Origin: Gemmatimonadota bacterium
GTDB lineage: Bacteria > Gemmatimonadota > Gemmatimonadetes > JACCXV01 > JAHWKZ01
Length of the DNA: 64,000 nucleotides
Direction of reading: 5' to 3'
NCBI GenBank assembly: GCA_035708865.1
Contig: DASTFF010000001.1
Coordinates: 4,333 to 68,332 of the forward strand
This document shows positions 41,290 through 51,416 of the stretch, piece by piece. Position 1 is the first letter of the stretch, and each line of letters starts with the position of its first letter. Position numbers and translations under genes: made by a program. The notes under the pieces are model-generated. The model worked only from the letters and a program-made list of their open reading frames with translations, was not told where the DNA came from and made no database searches.

Positions 41290-42191
41290 GACGGCCGCTC
41301 CGCCACCGTGGCGATCCCCGCGCGCGCCCGGCGGGCGGCCTTCAGCGTGTTGTCGAGCAGCATGGCGATCGTCATCGGGCCGACACCTCCCGGCACCGGG
41401 GTCAGCCAGCCGGCGACCTCGCCGACCGCGGGATCCACGTCGCCGACCAGCCGGTAGCCCCGCTCCACGGCCGGATCTTCGATCCGGTTCATGCCGACGT
41501 CGATCACCGTCGCTCCCGGCTTGACCATCTCCTTCGTGACGACGCCGGCCCGCCCCACCGCGGCCACGAGGATGTCGGCGCGGCGAACGTGGGCGGCCAG
41601 GTCCGCCGTCCGGCTGTGGCAGATGGTCACCGTGGCGTGGGCGTGGAGCAGCAGGAGCGCGGTCGGCTTCCCGACGATGTCGCTCCTGCCGATCACCACC
41701 GCCTCGGCCCCCTTCGGCTGGATGCCGGTCGCGGCGACGAGACGCATGATCCCGGCCGGCGTGGCGGGCACGAAGCCGGTCTCAAGGTCACCCGCCACCA
41801 GCCGGCCGACGTTCAGCGGGTGGAAGCCGTCGACGTCCTTGCCCGGATCGACGGCGATCAGGACCCGCCGAGTGTCGATCTGGGGCGGCAGCGGAAGCTG
41901 GACGAGGAGGCCGTGAATCGCGGGGTCGCCGTTCAGCTCCGCCACCAGCTCCAGCACCCCGGCCTCGGAGATCGAGGCCGGCCGGCGCACCGTCCGCGAC
42001 ACAAACCCCGCCTCCTCGCACGCCTTGCCCTTCATCCGCACGTAGGTGGCGGAGGCGGGGTCGTCCCCCACCAGGACCGCCGCCAGGCCGGGAACGATGC
42101 CGGTCTCCTCGCTGAGCCGCGCCGCTTCCCGGGCCACCGCCTGACGGACGTCGCGGGCTACCGCCCGGCCGTCGAGCGTGCGCGCGCTCAT
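41286..42191 (-). CDS. folD: Methylenetetrahydrofolate dehydrogenase/cyclohydrolase
   Basis: [40 protein letters not shown]. Confidence 0.97.
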   Translation of the reverse strand: MSARTLDGRAVARDVRQAVAREAARLSEETGIVPGLAAVLVGDDPASATYVRMKGKACEEAGFVSRTVRRPASISEAGVLELVAELNGDPAIHGLLVQLPLPPQIDTRRVLIAVDPGKDVDGFHPLNVGRLVAGDLETGFVPATPAGIMRLVAATGIQPKGAEAVVIGRSDIVGKPTALLLLHAHATVTICHSRTADLAAHVRRADILVAAVGRAGVVTKEMVKPGATVIDVGMNRIEDPAVERGYRLVGDVDPAVGEVAGWLTPVPGGVGPMTIAMLLDNTLKAARRARAGIATVAERPS

Positions 42192-42802
42192 CCGCCGCCC
42201 GCCTGGCGCGGGCCGATGTCCAGGGCGAGCTCCCGCTGCCCGGGCCGCGGCTCGAAGCACTGCCGGCACCGCGCCTCGTAGGACGCCGAGCCGCCGACCA
42301 CGATCCGCTCCTCGTTGTCCACGATCCGTTGCGTGAAGTTGGCGGGGTTCCCGCAGCGAACGCAGATGGCCAGGGTCTTGGTGATGTCTTCGGCCCTGGC
42401 GAGGAGCTGCGGGAGGGGCTCGAAGGGGCGCCCCATGAAATCCAGGTCGAGCCCGGCGACGACCACGCGCTTGCCAAGGTACGCCAGCCGATCGCACACC
42501 TCGATCAGCCGCTCGTCGAAGAACTGGGCCTCGTCGACCCCGACCACCTCGGTGCGAGGGTCGAGACGCTCGAGGATCTGCGGAGCGTGAGGGACCCGCT
42601 CGGCCTCGATCCGCATCGCCGAGTGGCTGACGATCTCGTCGGCGGCGAAGCGGTCGTCGACCAGCGGCTTGAACACCTGGACCCTCTGGCGCGCGATCTC
42701 GGCCCGCCGCAGGCGCCGGATCAGCTCCTCCGACTTGCCGCTGAACATGGGGCCGCAGATCACCTCGATCCATCCCATCGAGCCACGGACGAACGGGCTC
42801 AT
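42188..42802 (-). CDS. tdk: Thymidine kinase
   Basis: [28 protein letters not shown]...YEARCRQC. Confidence 0.96.
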   Translation of the reverse strand: MSPFVRGSMGWIEVICGPMFSGKSEELIRRLRRAEIARQRVQVFKPLVDDRFAADEIVSHSAMRIEAERVPHAPQILERLDPRTEVVGVDEAQFFDERLIEVCDRLAYLGKRVVVAGLDLDFMGRPFEPLPQLLARAEDITKTLAICVRCGNPANFTQRIVDNEERIVVGGSASYEARCRQCFEPRPGQRELALDIGPRQAGGG

Positions 42803-42841
42803 CGGCCGGACTCCGCCCGCGCCGGTGCCGTAGTGCAGGCG

Positions 42842-43624
42842 TCAATCGTACGGCTCATCGATCCTCTCGATGGCGGTCGCCCGGCCGATGGCCGGGTCGA
42901 CCGTGATGACGACGGCCTGGAACCGGACGTCCTCCTCGGCGACTTCGAATCGGTTCGGCGTCTGCTTGAGGAAGCGCTCGATCGCGCTGCCGGCCCGGAC
43001 GCCGATCACCCCGCCGTGCGGCCCCGTCATGCCGACATCGGTGACGTAAGCCGTCCCGCGGGGCAGGATGCGGGCGTCCGCCGACGGGACGTGCGTGTGG
43101 GTGCCGACCAGGGCGCTGACCCGGCCGTCCGCATAGTGGGCGAGCGCGATCTTCTCGGCCGTCGCCTCGGCGTGAAAGTCGACCACCACCACCTCCGCGG
43201 CACCGACCTCCGGCCGATCCAGGAGGGCGTCCAGCCGCCGGAAGGGGCAGTCGAGGTCCTTCATGAACACCCGCCCTTGCAGGTTGAGGACGGCCACCTG
43301 GCGCCCGGCCCGCGTCGCTGCCCATACGCCGCGTCCGGGATTGCCGCGTGGGTAGTTGTCGGGGCGCAGGATGCGCGATTCGCGGTCGAGGGCCTCGTAG
43401 ATCTCGCGCCGGTCCCAGACGTGGTTGCCGGTGGTGACGACGTCCACGTCGTCGCCGAGGATGGAATCCAGGATCGACGGGGTGATCCCGAAGCCGCCGG
43501 CCGCGTTCTCGCCGTTGACGATCACGAGGTCGGGGGCATGCGTCGCGCGGCTCGACGCCAGGCCCCGCTTGAGGGCCCGGCGGCCCGGCCGGCCGAAAAC
43601 GTCGCCGACGAACAGAACTTTCAT
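42842..43624 (-). CDS. ymdB: YmdB/TIGR00282 metallophosphoesterase
   Basis: [41 protein letters not shown]. Confidence 0.94.
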   Translation of the reverse strand: MKVLFVGDVFGRPGRRALKRGLASSRATHAPDLVIVNGENAAGGFGITPSILDSILGDDVDVVTTGNHVWDRREIYEALDRESRILRPDNYPRGNPGRGVWAATRAGRQVAVLNLQGRVFMKDLDCPFRRLDALLDRPEVGAAEVVVVDFHAEATAEKIALAHYADGRVSALVGTHTHVPSADARILPRGTAYVTDVGMTGPHGGVIGVRAGSAIERFLKQTPNRFEVAEEDVRFQAVVITVDPAIGRATAIERIDEPYD

Positions 43625-43651
43625 GCGCGAGGGGGCCTCGGGACGGAACGA

Positions 43652-43837
43652 GAAAGACCCCGCCGCGACGCACCGGAGAGGATTTTTTGACGCCCTCGCT
43701 GATACAGTGGGTATCCTGCTCGCCCGATTCTCGCTTCCTCCTGGGAGGCGTGCGATCGGCAGGCGAAACGAGGATCCCTTCGAGTGCGTGTTGGCTCAAA
43801 AAATGGTCTCCCCGGATCCGCGCGAGCGGGGTCTTTC
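43652..43837 (-). ncRNA. ssrS: 6S RNA
   Basis: About 186 nt rod closed by GAAAGACCCCGC/GCGGGGTCTTTC, with central TTTTTTGAGCCAACA...CCCAC...GGCGTCAAAAAA; directly downstream of zapA, its conserved position. Confidence 0.8.
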
Positions 43838-43884
43838 CCGCCCGTTTCGATCGATCGGCCCTGTCGTCTCCTTTCCTCTTCGTC

Positions 43885-44241
43885 CTACTTCCTGCGGGTC
43901 TGCTTCCTGTTCCTGGCGTCAGTGGACGGCTTGGCGGCGAGGACGGCCGTCTCGGCCAGCGCCTCGTCCACGTCCGTCTCGAGCCCGCGAACCCGGGCCA
44001 CCGCGTCGGCCAGGCTGACGGCGCCGAGGCGGCGCGTCTCGAACAGGCCGTCGGTGATCTCCATCGCCCCCAAAACCGCGGTCTGGAACGGCTCGAGCGT
44101 CGGCGCCGAGCCCCGCAGCTGGCGCAAGGTGCGGTCCACGTGGGCCGCCACGTCGCGGGTGTAATCCGGGTCGGCCGCCGAGCGCAGCCGAAACGGCTCG
44201 TCCAGGACGGTGACCTTGATCGTCTTCTTGTCGTCGCTCAT
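43885..44241 (-). CDS. zapA: Cell division protein ZapA
   Basis: IKVTVLDEPFRL...VAAHVDRTL...AVLGAMEITD; pheT-coiled coil-zapA-6S context. Confidence 0.88.
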   Translation of the reverse strand: MSDDKKTIKVTVLDEPFRLRSAADPDYTRDVAAHVDRTLRQLRGSAPTLEPFQTAVLGAMEITDGLFETRRLGAVSLADAVARVRGLETDVDEALAETAVLAAKPSTDARNRKQTRRK

Positions 44242-44543
44242 GCCTCGACCACGTATCGCACGCGCGACAGCAGCTCCTTCAGCTTCGTCTCGAGGAACTC
44301 CGCATGACGGGAGATGCGCTCGTTCTCCGACTCCAGCTCGCGGACCCGCTCGTCGAGCGCCACCGGATCGAGACCGCCTTCGAGCCGCCGGCGGACGGCT
44401 TCTTCCTCCCGGCATCGCTCGGCGAGCTGACGGGTCCGCTCGACGAGCAACTTAACCTTGTCCCCCAGCGCGTCCAGCGCGACCGCCAGCTCCGCAGCGC
44501 GCTCGCGCGCCTCGTCCCGCTCCTTGGTCTCACGCGCCGTCAT
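44238..44543 (-). CDS. Short coiled-coil protein (ZapB-like)
   Basis: Heptad-rich 101 aa protein translationally coupled between pheT and zapA. Confidence 0.7.
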   Translation of the reverse strand: MTARETKERDEARERAAELAVALDALGDKVKLLVERTRQLAERCREEEAVRRRLEGGLDPVALDERVRELESENERISRHAEFLETKLKELLSRVRYVVEA

Positions 44544-46933
44544 CGCAACCGGTACCCGTGCTCCCTGCCCAGGGTCTCGACCAGCGCGGCGATCCGCGCG
44601 TCGATCGACTCGTCCGTCAGCGTGCGCTCGGCCTGGAACGTGAGCCTGAGGCCGAGGCTGAGGTGCCCATCCGGGACCTGGGGCCCCCGGTAACGGTCGA
44701 AGACCTCGATCCGGACGAGATCTTCCACGCCCGCTTCGCGGACCGCTTGCACCACTCGCTCGCTGGCCTGGCCTTCGGGCACGATCAGCGCCAGATCCCG
44801 CTCCACGGCGGGCTCCCTCGGTACGCCTCGCAGCGAGAGCGGCGAGGGCTCGCGTGTCACGGCGTCCAGCGCCAGCTCGGCCACTACCAGCCGGCCTTCC
44901 ACACCCCACCCTTCCGCGACCGCCGGATGGACCTCGCCGATGAACCCCACCTCGCGGTCCGTCCGGAGCCCGATCCGCCGGCCGGCGTGCAGGAAGGCGT
45001 GGTCGGTCGGCGCGAACGAGACGTCCCCGGCGCCCACTTGCGAGAGGAGCTCCTCGATCGTCCCCTTGACGTCGAAGAAGTCGGTCGGCTCGACCGGCCG
45101 CGACCAGTCGGCCGGCCGCGTGGGACCGATCGCGGCCAGCGACACGCGCCGGCTCTCCTCCACGCCGCCTTGCCGGCCGCGCCGGAAGGCGTGCCCGATC
45201 TCGAACAGCCGCACTCCGCTCGCCCCGCGATTCAGGTTGTGGACCACGGCCCCCGCGAGGGTGACGATGAGGAACGGCCTCAAGAACCGCTCCGCCTTGG
45301 AAATAGGATTTCGAATCTCAACCAGATTGTCAACTCCCGCCGCGGCCTCGACGACGGCCTCGCCCACGAAGGTGGGGGTCCGTGCCTCGTCGTAGCCGGC
45401 GCCGCGAAGGATCTCCCGGACGCGCTCGAGCGCGCGCTCGGCGGGGCCCGGAGCCGGGGCCATCGGCGGCGCCGGCAGACGGACCGCCGGGATCATGTCG
45501 TAGCCGGTCGTCCGGGCCACCTCCTCGATCAGGTCCACCTCCCGCTCGACGTCGAAGCGCCACGAGGGGACCCCGGCGACGAGCGTCCCGTCGCCCTCGG
45601 CCCGAACCGCGAACCCCAGGCTCCGAAGCGCGCGGCCGGCCTCCTCCTCAGCGATCGGCCGGCCGACGAGGACCTCGAGACGCCGAGTCCGGAGCTCGAT
45701 CCGGGGGCGCTCGGCGGGAGCCGTTGCATCCCCCACCCGCCCCTCCGCCACGCGGCCGCCCGCCAGCTCCGCGATCAGGGCCGCCGCGCGGTCCAGGGCC
45801 GGCGCGGTGATGGCCGGGTCGACCCCGCGCGAGAAGCGGATCGCGGCGTCGGTCCGCAAGCCGAGGCCGCGCGCCGTGCGCGCGACCCGGGCCGGCTCGA
45901 ACCAGGCCGCCTCGAGGAACACCTCGCTCGTACCCGCCCCGACCTCGCTGTCGAGCCCGCCCATCACGCCTCCGACCGCCACCGCCCGTTCGCCGTCGGC
46001 GATCACCGTCGTCTCCGGGTCGAGCCGGCGGGCCCGGCCGTCCAGCGTCACGATCTCCTCGCCCGGGCGGGGCCGGCGCACCACGATGCGCCGCCCGGCC
46101 AGCCGGGCCGCGTCGAACGGATGAAGCGGCTGCCCGCACTCGAGCATGACCCAGTTGGTCGCGTCGACGACGTTGTTGACCGGCCGGGCGCCAAGGGCGA
46201 GCAGCCGGACCTGGAGCCAGGCCGGGCTCGGGCCGACCGCGACACCGCGAATCAGCCGGCCCAGATAGGCCGGGCAGCCCTCACGGTCCTCCACCTCCAC
46301 CGCGACGTCGACCCGCGGGCCGGACTCCTCCAGCCCGCGCACGGGCAGGCTCGCTTCGGCGCCCGCCAACCATTGCGCCTCGCGCGCCATCCCCAGGTGG
46401 CACAGCAGGTCACCCCGATTGGACGCCACGTCCACCACGAGGATCCGGTCGTCCAGGTCGAGCACCTCGACCAGGTCGCGGCCGAGGTCACCCTCGCCGA
46501 CGCCCGGCACCGGCCAGATCCCCTCGGCCGAGCCGAGCGCCTCCAGGCCCAGCTCGGGGGCCGAGCAGAGCATCCCCTGGGACTCCACGCCGCGGATCCG
46601 GGCGCGGCGGATCTCGCGCCCCCCGGGGAGGCGCGCGCCTTCGGTGGCGTACGCGTAGATCGTCCCGACCTCGACGTTGGGGGCCCCGCACACCACTTGC
46701 CGCTCGCCGTCCCCCGCCGCCACACGGCACAGCGTCAGGCGGTCGGCGTTCGGGTGCCGGCCGGCCTCCAGGACCCGCCCCAGAACCACCCCCTCGAGCT
46801 CGGCGAACGGCCGCCGGATCTCGTCCACCGCCAGCCCCTGCAGGGTCAGGCGCTGCGCCACCCGGTCCGGATCGAGGCCGGCGAGCGCCCCGTCCGGGAA
46901 CAGTTCCCGAAGCCAGCTCCAGGAGACGTTCAT
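44540..46933 (-). CDS. pheT: Phenylalanine--tRNA ligase beta subunit
   Basis: HPNADRL, VCGAPN, ESQGMLCS, NRGD, NNVVDATN, GQPLHPFD, EVDLIEEVAR, FDX-ACB C-terminus. Confidence 0.97.
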   Translation of the reverse strand: MNVSWSWLRELFPDGALAGLDPDRVAQRLTLQGLAVDEIRRPFAELEGVVLGRVLEAGRHPNADRLTLCRVAAGDGERQVVCGAPNVEVGTIYAYATEGARLPGGREIRRARIRGVESQGMLCSAPELGLEALGSAEGIWPVPGVGEGDLGRDLVEVLDLDDRILVVDVASNRGDLLCHLGMAREAQWLAGAEASLPVRGLEESGPRVDVAVEVEDREGCPAYLGRLIRGVAVGPSPAWLQVRLLALGARPVNNVVDATNWVMLECGQPLHPFDAARLAGRRIVVRRPRPGEEIVTLDGRARRLDPETTVIADGERAVAVGGVMGGLDSEVGAGTSEVFLEAAWFEPARVARTARGLGLRTDAAIRFSRGVDPAITAPALDRAAALIAELAGGRVAEGRVGDATAPAERPRIELRTRRLEVLVGRPIAEEEAGRALRSLGFAVRAEGDGTLVAGVPSWRFDVEREVDLIEEVARTTGYDMIPAVRLPAPPMAPAPGPAERALERVREILRGAGYDEARTPTFVGEAVVEAAAGVDNLVEIRNPISKAERFLRPFLIVTLAGAVVHNLNRGASGVRLFEIGHAFRRGRQGGVEESRRVSLAAIGPTRPADWSRPVEPTDFFDVKGTIEELLSQVGAGDVSFAPTDHAFLHAGRRIGLRTDREVGFIGEVHPAVAEGWGVEGRLVVAELALDAVTREPSPLSLRGVPREPAVERDLALIVPEGQASERVVQAVREAGVEDLVRIEVFDRYRGPQVPDGHLSLGLRLTFQAERTLTDESIDARIAALVETLGREHGYRLR

Positions 46934-47970
46934 CGGCCGGCGAACTGATGCAGGAAGCGGAGGTCGTTCTCGAAGAACATCCGGATGTCGGGCACGCCGT
47001 ACTTGATCATGGCGACGCGCTCGATCCCCATGCCCCAGGCGAAGCCGGTGTACCGCTCGCTGTCGTACCCCACCGCCTCGAGCACGGCCGGGTGCACCAT
47101 CCCGCACCCCAGGAGCTCGAGCCATCCGCTCCCCTTGCAGGCCCGACACCCCGCGCCGCGGCACAGCATGCAGCGGCCGTCGAGCTCGGCGGACGGCTCG
47201 GTGAACGGGAAGTAAGAGGCGCGGAAGCGTACGTCGACCTCGGGGCCGTAACAGCGGTGGACGAACTCCGTGAGCGCCCACTTGAGATGGGCGAGCGAGA
47301 TCCCCTCGTCCACCCACAGCCCCTCGATCTGATGGAAGTAGGGGGAGTGGGAGGCGTCCGGCGTGTCGTTGCGGAAGACCCGTCCCGGGCACACCACCCG
47401 GACCGGCGGCGGGCCCGACTCCATCACCCGGACCTGGACCGGCGACGTGTGGGTCCGCAGCACCAGGTCATCGCTGACGTAGATCGTGTCCATCTCTTCA
47501 CGCGCGGGGTGGCCGGCCGGGATGTTGAGGGCCTCGAAATTGTGCCACACCGTTTCGACCTCGGGACCCGACGCGACATCGAACCCCATGTCGCGGAAGG
47601 TCTCGAGCAGCTCCTCGGTGACGATGGTGAGGGGATGCCGCGTCCCGAACGGGCGGCGGCGACCGGGAAGCGTGACGTCGATCCGCTCGGCTTCGAGCCG
47701 CTCCGCCAGAGCGCCCCCCGCGAGCTCGCGGGCGCGCTCCCCCAGGACTGATTCGATGCCCTCCTTGACGCGGTTCACCAGCTCGCCGGCGGCCGGGCGC
47801 TCATCCGCCGGCAGGGCGCCGATGGACCGCGCCTCGAGGGTCAGCCGCCCCTTGCGGCCGAGCGTCCGGACACGGATCTCCTCGACCTCGTCGGGGCTGG
47901 TCGCCGCCCTCAGCTCACGCTCCACGTCGCGCTGGAGGGCCTCCAGCCGCTCGTGCAGCGAGCTGGTCAT
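46930..47970 (-). CDS. pheS: Phenylalanine--tRNA ligase alpha subunit
   Basis: HPAREEMDT, LRTHTSPVQ, FHQIEG, YFPFTEPS, GCGMVHP. Confidence 0.98.
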   Translation of the reverse strand: MTSSLHERLEALQRDVERELRAATSPDEVEEIRVRTLGRKGRLTLEARSIGALPADERPAAGELVNRVKEGIESVLGERARELAGGALAERLEAERIDVTLPGRRRPFGTRHPLTIVTEELLETFRDMGFDVASGPEVETVWHNFEALNIPAGHPAREEMDTIYVSDDLVLRTHTSPVQVRVMESGPPPVRVVCPGRVFRNDTPDASHSPYFHQIEGLWVDEGISLAHLKWALTEFVHRCYGPEVDVRFRASYFPFTEPSAELDGRCMLCRGAGCRACKGSGWLELLGCGMVHPAVLEAVGYDSERYTGFAWGMGIERVAMIKYGVPDIRMFFENDLRFLHQFAGR

Positions 47971-48004
47971 GGAAGGGACGCGGGCAGGACTCCGGGCCGG
48001 TCGT

Positions 48005-48358
48005 TCAAAGCCTGGCCTTGGCGGTCGCGGCCAGCTCCGCGAACCCCTCCGGATCGTTGACCGCGAGCTCGGCGAGGAGCTTGCGATCGATCTCGATCTC
48101 GGCCGTCTTCAAGCCGTACATGAACCGGGAGTACGACAGCCCGTGCTCGCGGGCGGCGGCGTTGATGCGTGTGATCCAGAGCTTGCGAAACTGCCGCTTG
48201 CGGTCGCGCCGGTCGCGATAGGCGAACTGGAGACCCCGCTCGAGGGTCTCGCGGGCGGGGATGTACAACCGGTGACGGCCGCCTCGGTAGCCGCGGGCCT
48301 GCTTGAGGATCTTCTTGCGGCGCCGGGTGCGCTGCACGTTGTTGGACGCGCGGGGCAT
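48005..48358 (-). CDS. rplT: 50S ribosomal protein L20
   Basis: [32 protein letters not shown]. Confidence 0.98.
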   Translation of the reverse strand: MPRASNNVQRTRRRKKILKQARGYRGGRHRLYIPARETLERGLQFAYRDRRDRKRQFRKLWITRINAAAREHGLSYSRFMYGLKTAEIEIDRKLLAELAVNDPEGFAELAATAKARL

Positions 48359-48367
48359 GGTGACCTC

Positions 48368-48562
48368 CTAGGCGGAGAGAAGCCGCCGGATGCGGCCCTC
48401 GTCGACCGGGTGGACGTACGCGGTCTTGCGCAGATGGCGCTTCCGCTTGGTCGTCTTTTTCGTCAGGATGTGGCGCATGTAGCCGTGCTTGCGCTTGATG
48501 CGCCCGCCGGCGGTCTTCCGGAAGCGCTTCGCGGCGCCCCGGTTCGTCTTCATCTTCGGCAT
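48368..48562 (-). CDS. rpmI: 50S ribosomal protein L35
   Basis: [14 protein letters not shown]...[15 protein letters not shown]. Confidence 0.98.
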   Translation of the reverse strand: MPKMKTNRGAAKRFRKTAGGRIKRKHGYMRHILTKKTTKRKRHLRKTAYVHPVDEGRIRRLLSA

Positions 48563-48579
48563 GGCTGTCTCCTACCGGC

Positions 48580-49110
48580 TCACTTCTTCACGTTGGCCTT
48601 CATGTTGGGCGCCAGGATGAGGAACATGTTCCGTCCCTCCAGACGCGCCGCCTGCTCGACCACCGCCAGATCCCCTATCTCCTCGATGACGTCGTCGAGG
48701 ACCTCGCGGCCGTTCTCCGTATGGGCCATCTCGCGACCCCGGAACATGATCGTCACCTTGACCTTGTTGCGTTCCTCGAGGAAGCGCTTGATGTGACGCG
48801 TCTTGAACTCGAAGTCGTGCTCCTCGATGTTCGGACGCATCTTGATCTCCTTCATCTGCGTTACGTGCTGCTTGCGCCGCGCTTCCCGATCGGCCTTGGC
48901 CTGCTCGTACTTGTAGCGCCCATAGTCCATGATGCGGCAGACGGGCGGCCGGGCGGTGGGCGCCACCTCCACCAGATCGAGACCTCGTTCGCGGGCCGTC
49001 GCTTGCGCTTCTTCGATCGGTACCACGCCGACCTGCTCACCCTTGTCGTCGATCAGCCGGACCGGTGAAAAGCGGATCTGCTCGTTGACCCGCGGTTCGT
49101 TGTTGGCGAT
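48580..49110 (-). CDS. infC: Translation initiation factor IF-3, non-canonical ATC start
   Basis: RVNEQI, DLVEVAP, PPVCRIMDYG, KEIKMRP, FRGRE; AGGAGG SD 5 nt before ATC. Confidence 0.96.
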   Translation of the reverse strand: MANNEPRVNEQIRFSPVRLIDDKGEQVGVVPIEEAQATARERGLDLVEVAPTARPPVCRIMDYGRYKYEQAKADREARRKQHVTQMKEIKMRPNIEEHDFEFKTRHIKRFLEERNKVKVTIMFRGREMAHTENGREVLDDVIEEIGDLAVVEQAARLEGRNMFLILAPNMKANVKK

Positions 49111-49171
49111 GCAAACCTCCTGGTTGGACGTCGAGGCCGCGCGGTCGCTCCGACCGCTCTGGCCGTGCGTG

Positions 49172-49322
49172 AAAAAGGCGAGTCCCCCGCCTGCCGCGGA
49201 CGCCCGCCCCAAAAAGCGCCGCGCCGGCGTCTGCCCGAGGCAGCGTCGGCGTCGCGCCACGATACCCGCGGACAGCGCGTGGCGTCCGTCGGGCGAGAAG
49301 CCCGGGGCTTCTGCTTCCTCTG
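49172..49322 (-). promoter_or_regulatory. L20 leader-like cis-regulatory RNA with intrinsic terminator
   Basis: GAAGCAGAAGCCCCGGGCTTCTCGCCCG... resembles the 5' motif of the Firmicutes L20 leader (recalled from memory); ends in GGCGGGGGACTCGCC-TTTTT upstream of infC-rpmI-rplT. Confidence 0.6.
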
Positions 49323-49462
49323 TCGAGAGCCGTCCCCGCGCAGGCGGACGGCAAGGGCAAAGATAACGTCCCGGTGTGGCCCGGGTCAACGCGACCGGAT
49401 CGGTGTCCAGGCCGCACCTGCCGGCCCCCGGCGCGCGGGGATCGACCCGGGACCGGACCCGG

Positions 49463-49846
49463 TCAGCCGCGCTCGATGAGCTCGATCTCGATCCCGTCCG
49501 GATCGCGGATGAAGGCGATCCGGCTCCCCCCCTCGGTGACCCGGTAGGGTCCGCGGGAAAACTCCACGCCGTGCCCCCGCAGCTCTTCACGGGTGGCGTC
49601 GAGGTCCGCGACGCCGAACGCGAAATGGCCGAACTGGTTCCCCAGCTCGTAGTCGCGGCCGTCGTGGTTGAAGGTGAGCTCGAGCGGATGGTTCCCCGTC
49701 TCGTCGACGAGGAAGACGAGCGTGGCGTCGGCCTTCTCTAGCACCGCGCGCCGATCCTCCTTCAGTCCCAGCACCTGCGTGTAGAAACCGACCGCGCGGT
49801 CGAGATCCTTGACGCGGATCATCGTGTGCAGAAGCCGTGTCTTCAT
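49463..49846 (-). CDS. VOC/glyoxalase I (lactoylglutathione lyase-like)
   Basis: LHTMIRV, LELTFN, GNQFGHFA, FIRDPDGIEIELIE. Confidence 0.9.
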   Translation of the reverse strand: MKTRLLHTMIRVKDLDRAVGFYTQVLGLKEDRRAVLEKADATLVFLVDETGNHPLELTFNHDGRDYELGNQFGHFAFGVADLDATREELRGHGVEFSRGPYRVTEGGSRIAFIRDPDGIEIELIERG

Positions 49847-49872
49847 GTGATCCCTCGTCCGGGGGTTTCGGT

Positions 49873-50748
49873 TCAACGCGGCGCGGGCTCCCGGTGGCGG
49901 CCGCGCCGCTCGCGCCAGGCCCGTACCACGCGCGCCAGGTCGCCACCGGCCTCGACCTCGCGGTTCAGCGCGCGCATGCCGGCCTCGTCGAGCGATCCCT
50001 CCAGCCCCGCCAGGACCCCGCCCACCGCCGGGTGCCGCCCGAGCGTCTCCGAGCGCACCACCGGCGCCGCCTGGTACGGCGGAAAGTAGCGGCGGTCGTC
50101 GGCCAGCACTACGAGGTCCAGCGACTCGATGCGGCCGTCGGTCGAGTTGGCGACCGCGACGTCGATCCGGCGCTCCGCGAGAGCCCGGTACATGAGGCCG
50201 AGGTCGAGCTGGAGGATCCGGCCGAACTCGAATCCGTACGCCTTCGCGAGCCCCGGATACCCGTCCTCGCGCGCCATGAACTCGGGGCCGAAGCCGGCCC
50301 TCATCCGCGCCGCGACCGGGCCCAGGTCGGTGATCGTCGCGAGGTCGAGCGATTCGGCGTCGGCCCGCCGGACGACCAGCGCGAACGTGTTCTGGAAACC
50401 CAGCGGGGGCCCCCACTCCAGCCCCCACCGCTCCGCGTACGCGTCGGCGACCTCCCGGAACGCACGCTCCGGTTCCTGGATCGGAGGCCGCTTTAGGATC
50501 GCGGTCAGGGCCGTCCCCGTGTACTCGGGATAGAGATCGATCCCTCCGTTCACGATCGCGCTGTGACAGACGAACGTCCCCCCCAGGTGAAAGCGCCGCT
50601 CGACCGGGACCCCGCGCGCCTCGAGCTCCTGCGCGAGGATCTCTCCGAGGACGTCCTGCTCGGTGAAGTTTTTCGAGCCGATCACGACCGCGTCCGCCGG
50701 ATGGCAGGCGAGGCCGAGAACGAGCAGGGCGGGGAACGCGCGTCTCAC
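49873..50748 (-). CDS. Quaternary-amine (betaine/ergothioneine-type) ABC substrate-binding lipoprotein
   Basis: Lipobox GLA-C; IGSKNFTEQ, YPEYTGT, FQNTFAL, EFMAREDGY, STDGRI, YFPPY. Confidence 0.92.
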   Translation of the reverse strand: MRRAFPALLVLGLACHPADAVVIGSKNFTEQDVLGEILAQELEARGVPVERRFHLGGTFVCHSAIVNGGIDLYPEYTGTALTAILKRPPIQEPERAFREVADAYAERWGLEWGPPLGFQNTFALVVRRADAESLDLATITDLGPVAARMRAGFGPEFMAREDGYPGLAKAYGFEFGRILQLDLGLMYRALAERRIDVAVANSTDGRIESLDLVVLADDRRYFPPYQAAPVVRSETLGRHPAVGGVLAGLEGSLDEAGMRALNREVEAGGDLARVVRAWRERRGRHREPAPR

Positions 50749-51416
50749 GCCGGCCGCCGCTCGACGCGCCGGGTCGCGTGCCCGGCGGGAGTGACGCGGC
50801 GCTCGAGCAGCCCGAGCAGCGCGTCGGCGAAGAGCGCCAGCAGGGCCGCCGGCACCGCGCCCGCCAGGATCACCGTGTCGTTCACCATCGCCAGGCCCTG
50901 GAAGATGTACACGCCGAGCCCCCCCGCCCCGATCGCCGCGGCGATCGTCGCGATACCGACCGAGATCACCGTCGCCACGCGGACGCCGGACAGGATGACC
51001 GGCGCCGCCAGCGGGAGCTCGACCCGGCCCAGGAGCTGTCCGCCGGTCATCCCGAGCCCCAGGCCGGCCTCGCGAACGGCGGGATCCACGCCCCGGATCC
51101 CGGCATGCGTCCCGCGGACGACCGGCAGCAGCGCGTACAGCGTGAGCGCCACGATCGCGGTCCGGGCACCGACCCCGCCGATGAACGGGACCGGGATCAG
51201 GAAGCCGAACAGGGCCAGGCTGGGGATCGTCTGGAGGACGTTGGCGGTTCCCATCACCACCCGCTCCCACCGCTGCCAGCGGGTGGCGGCGATCCCCAGC
51301 GGCACGCCCACCGCGACCGCCACCCCAACCGCCAGCGCGACCATCGTGACGTGCTCGAGGGTCAGTCCCGCGGCCTGGCCGGCGTGGTCGCGCAGGTAGC
51401 GAAGAAGCTCACCCAC
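50745..51416 (-). CDS. Osmoprotectant-type ABC transporter permease
   Basis: QTIPSLAL, EAA-like loop REAGLGLGMT, IGAGGLG. Confidence 0.93.
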   Translation of the reverse strand: MGELLRYLRDHAGQAAGLTLEHVTMVALAVGVAVAVGVPLGIAATRWQRWERVVMGTANVLQTIPSLALFGFLIPVPFIGGVGARTAIVALTLYALLPVVRGTHAGIRGVDPAVREAGLGLGMTGGQLLGRVELPLAAPVILSGVRVATVISVGIATIAAAIGAGGLGVYIFQGLAMVNDTVILAGAVPAALLALFADALLGLLERRVTPAGHATRRVERRPA

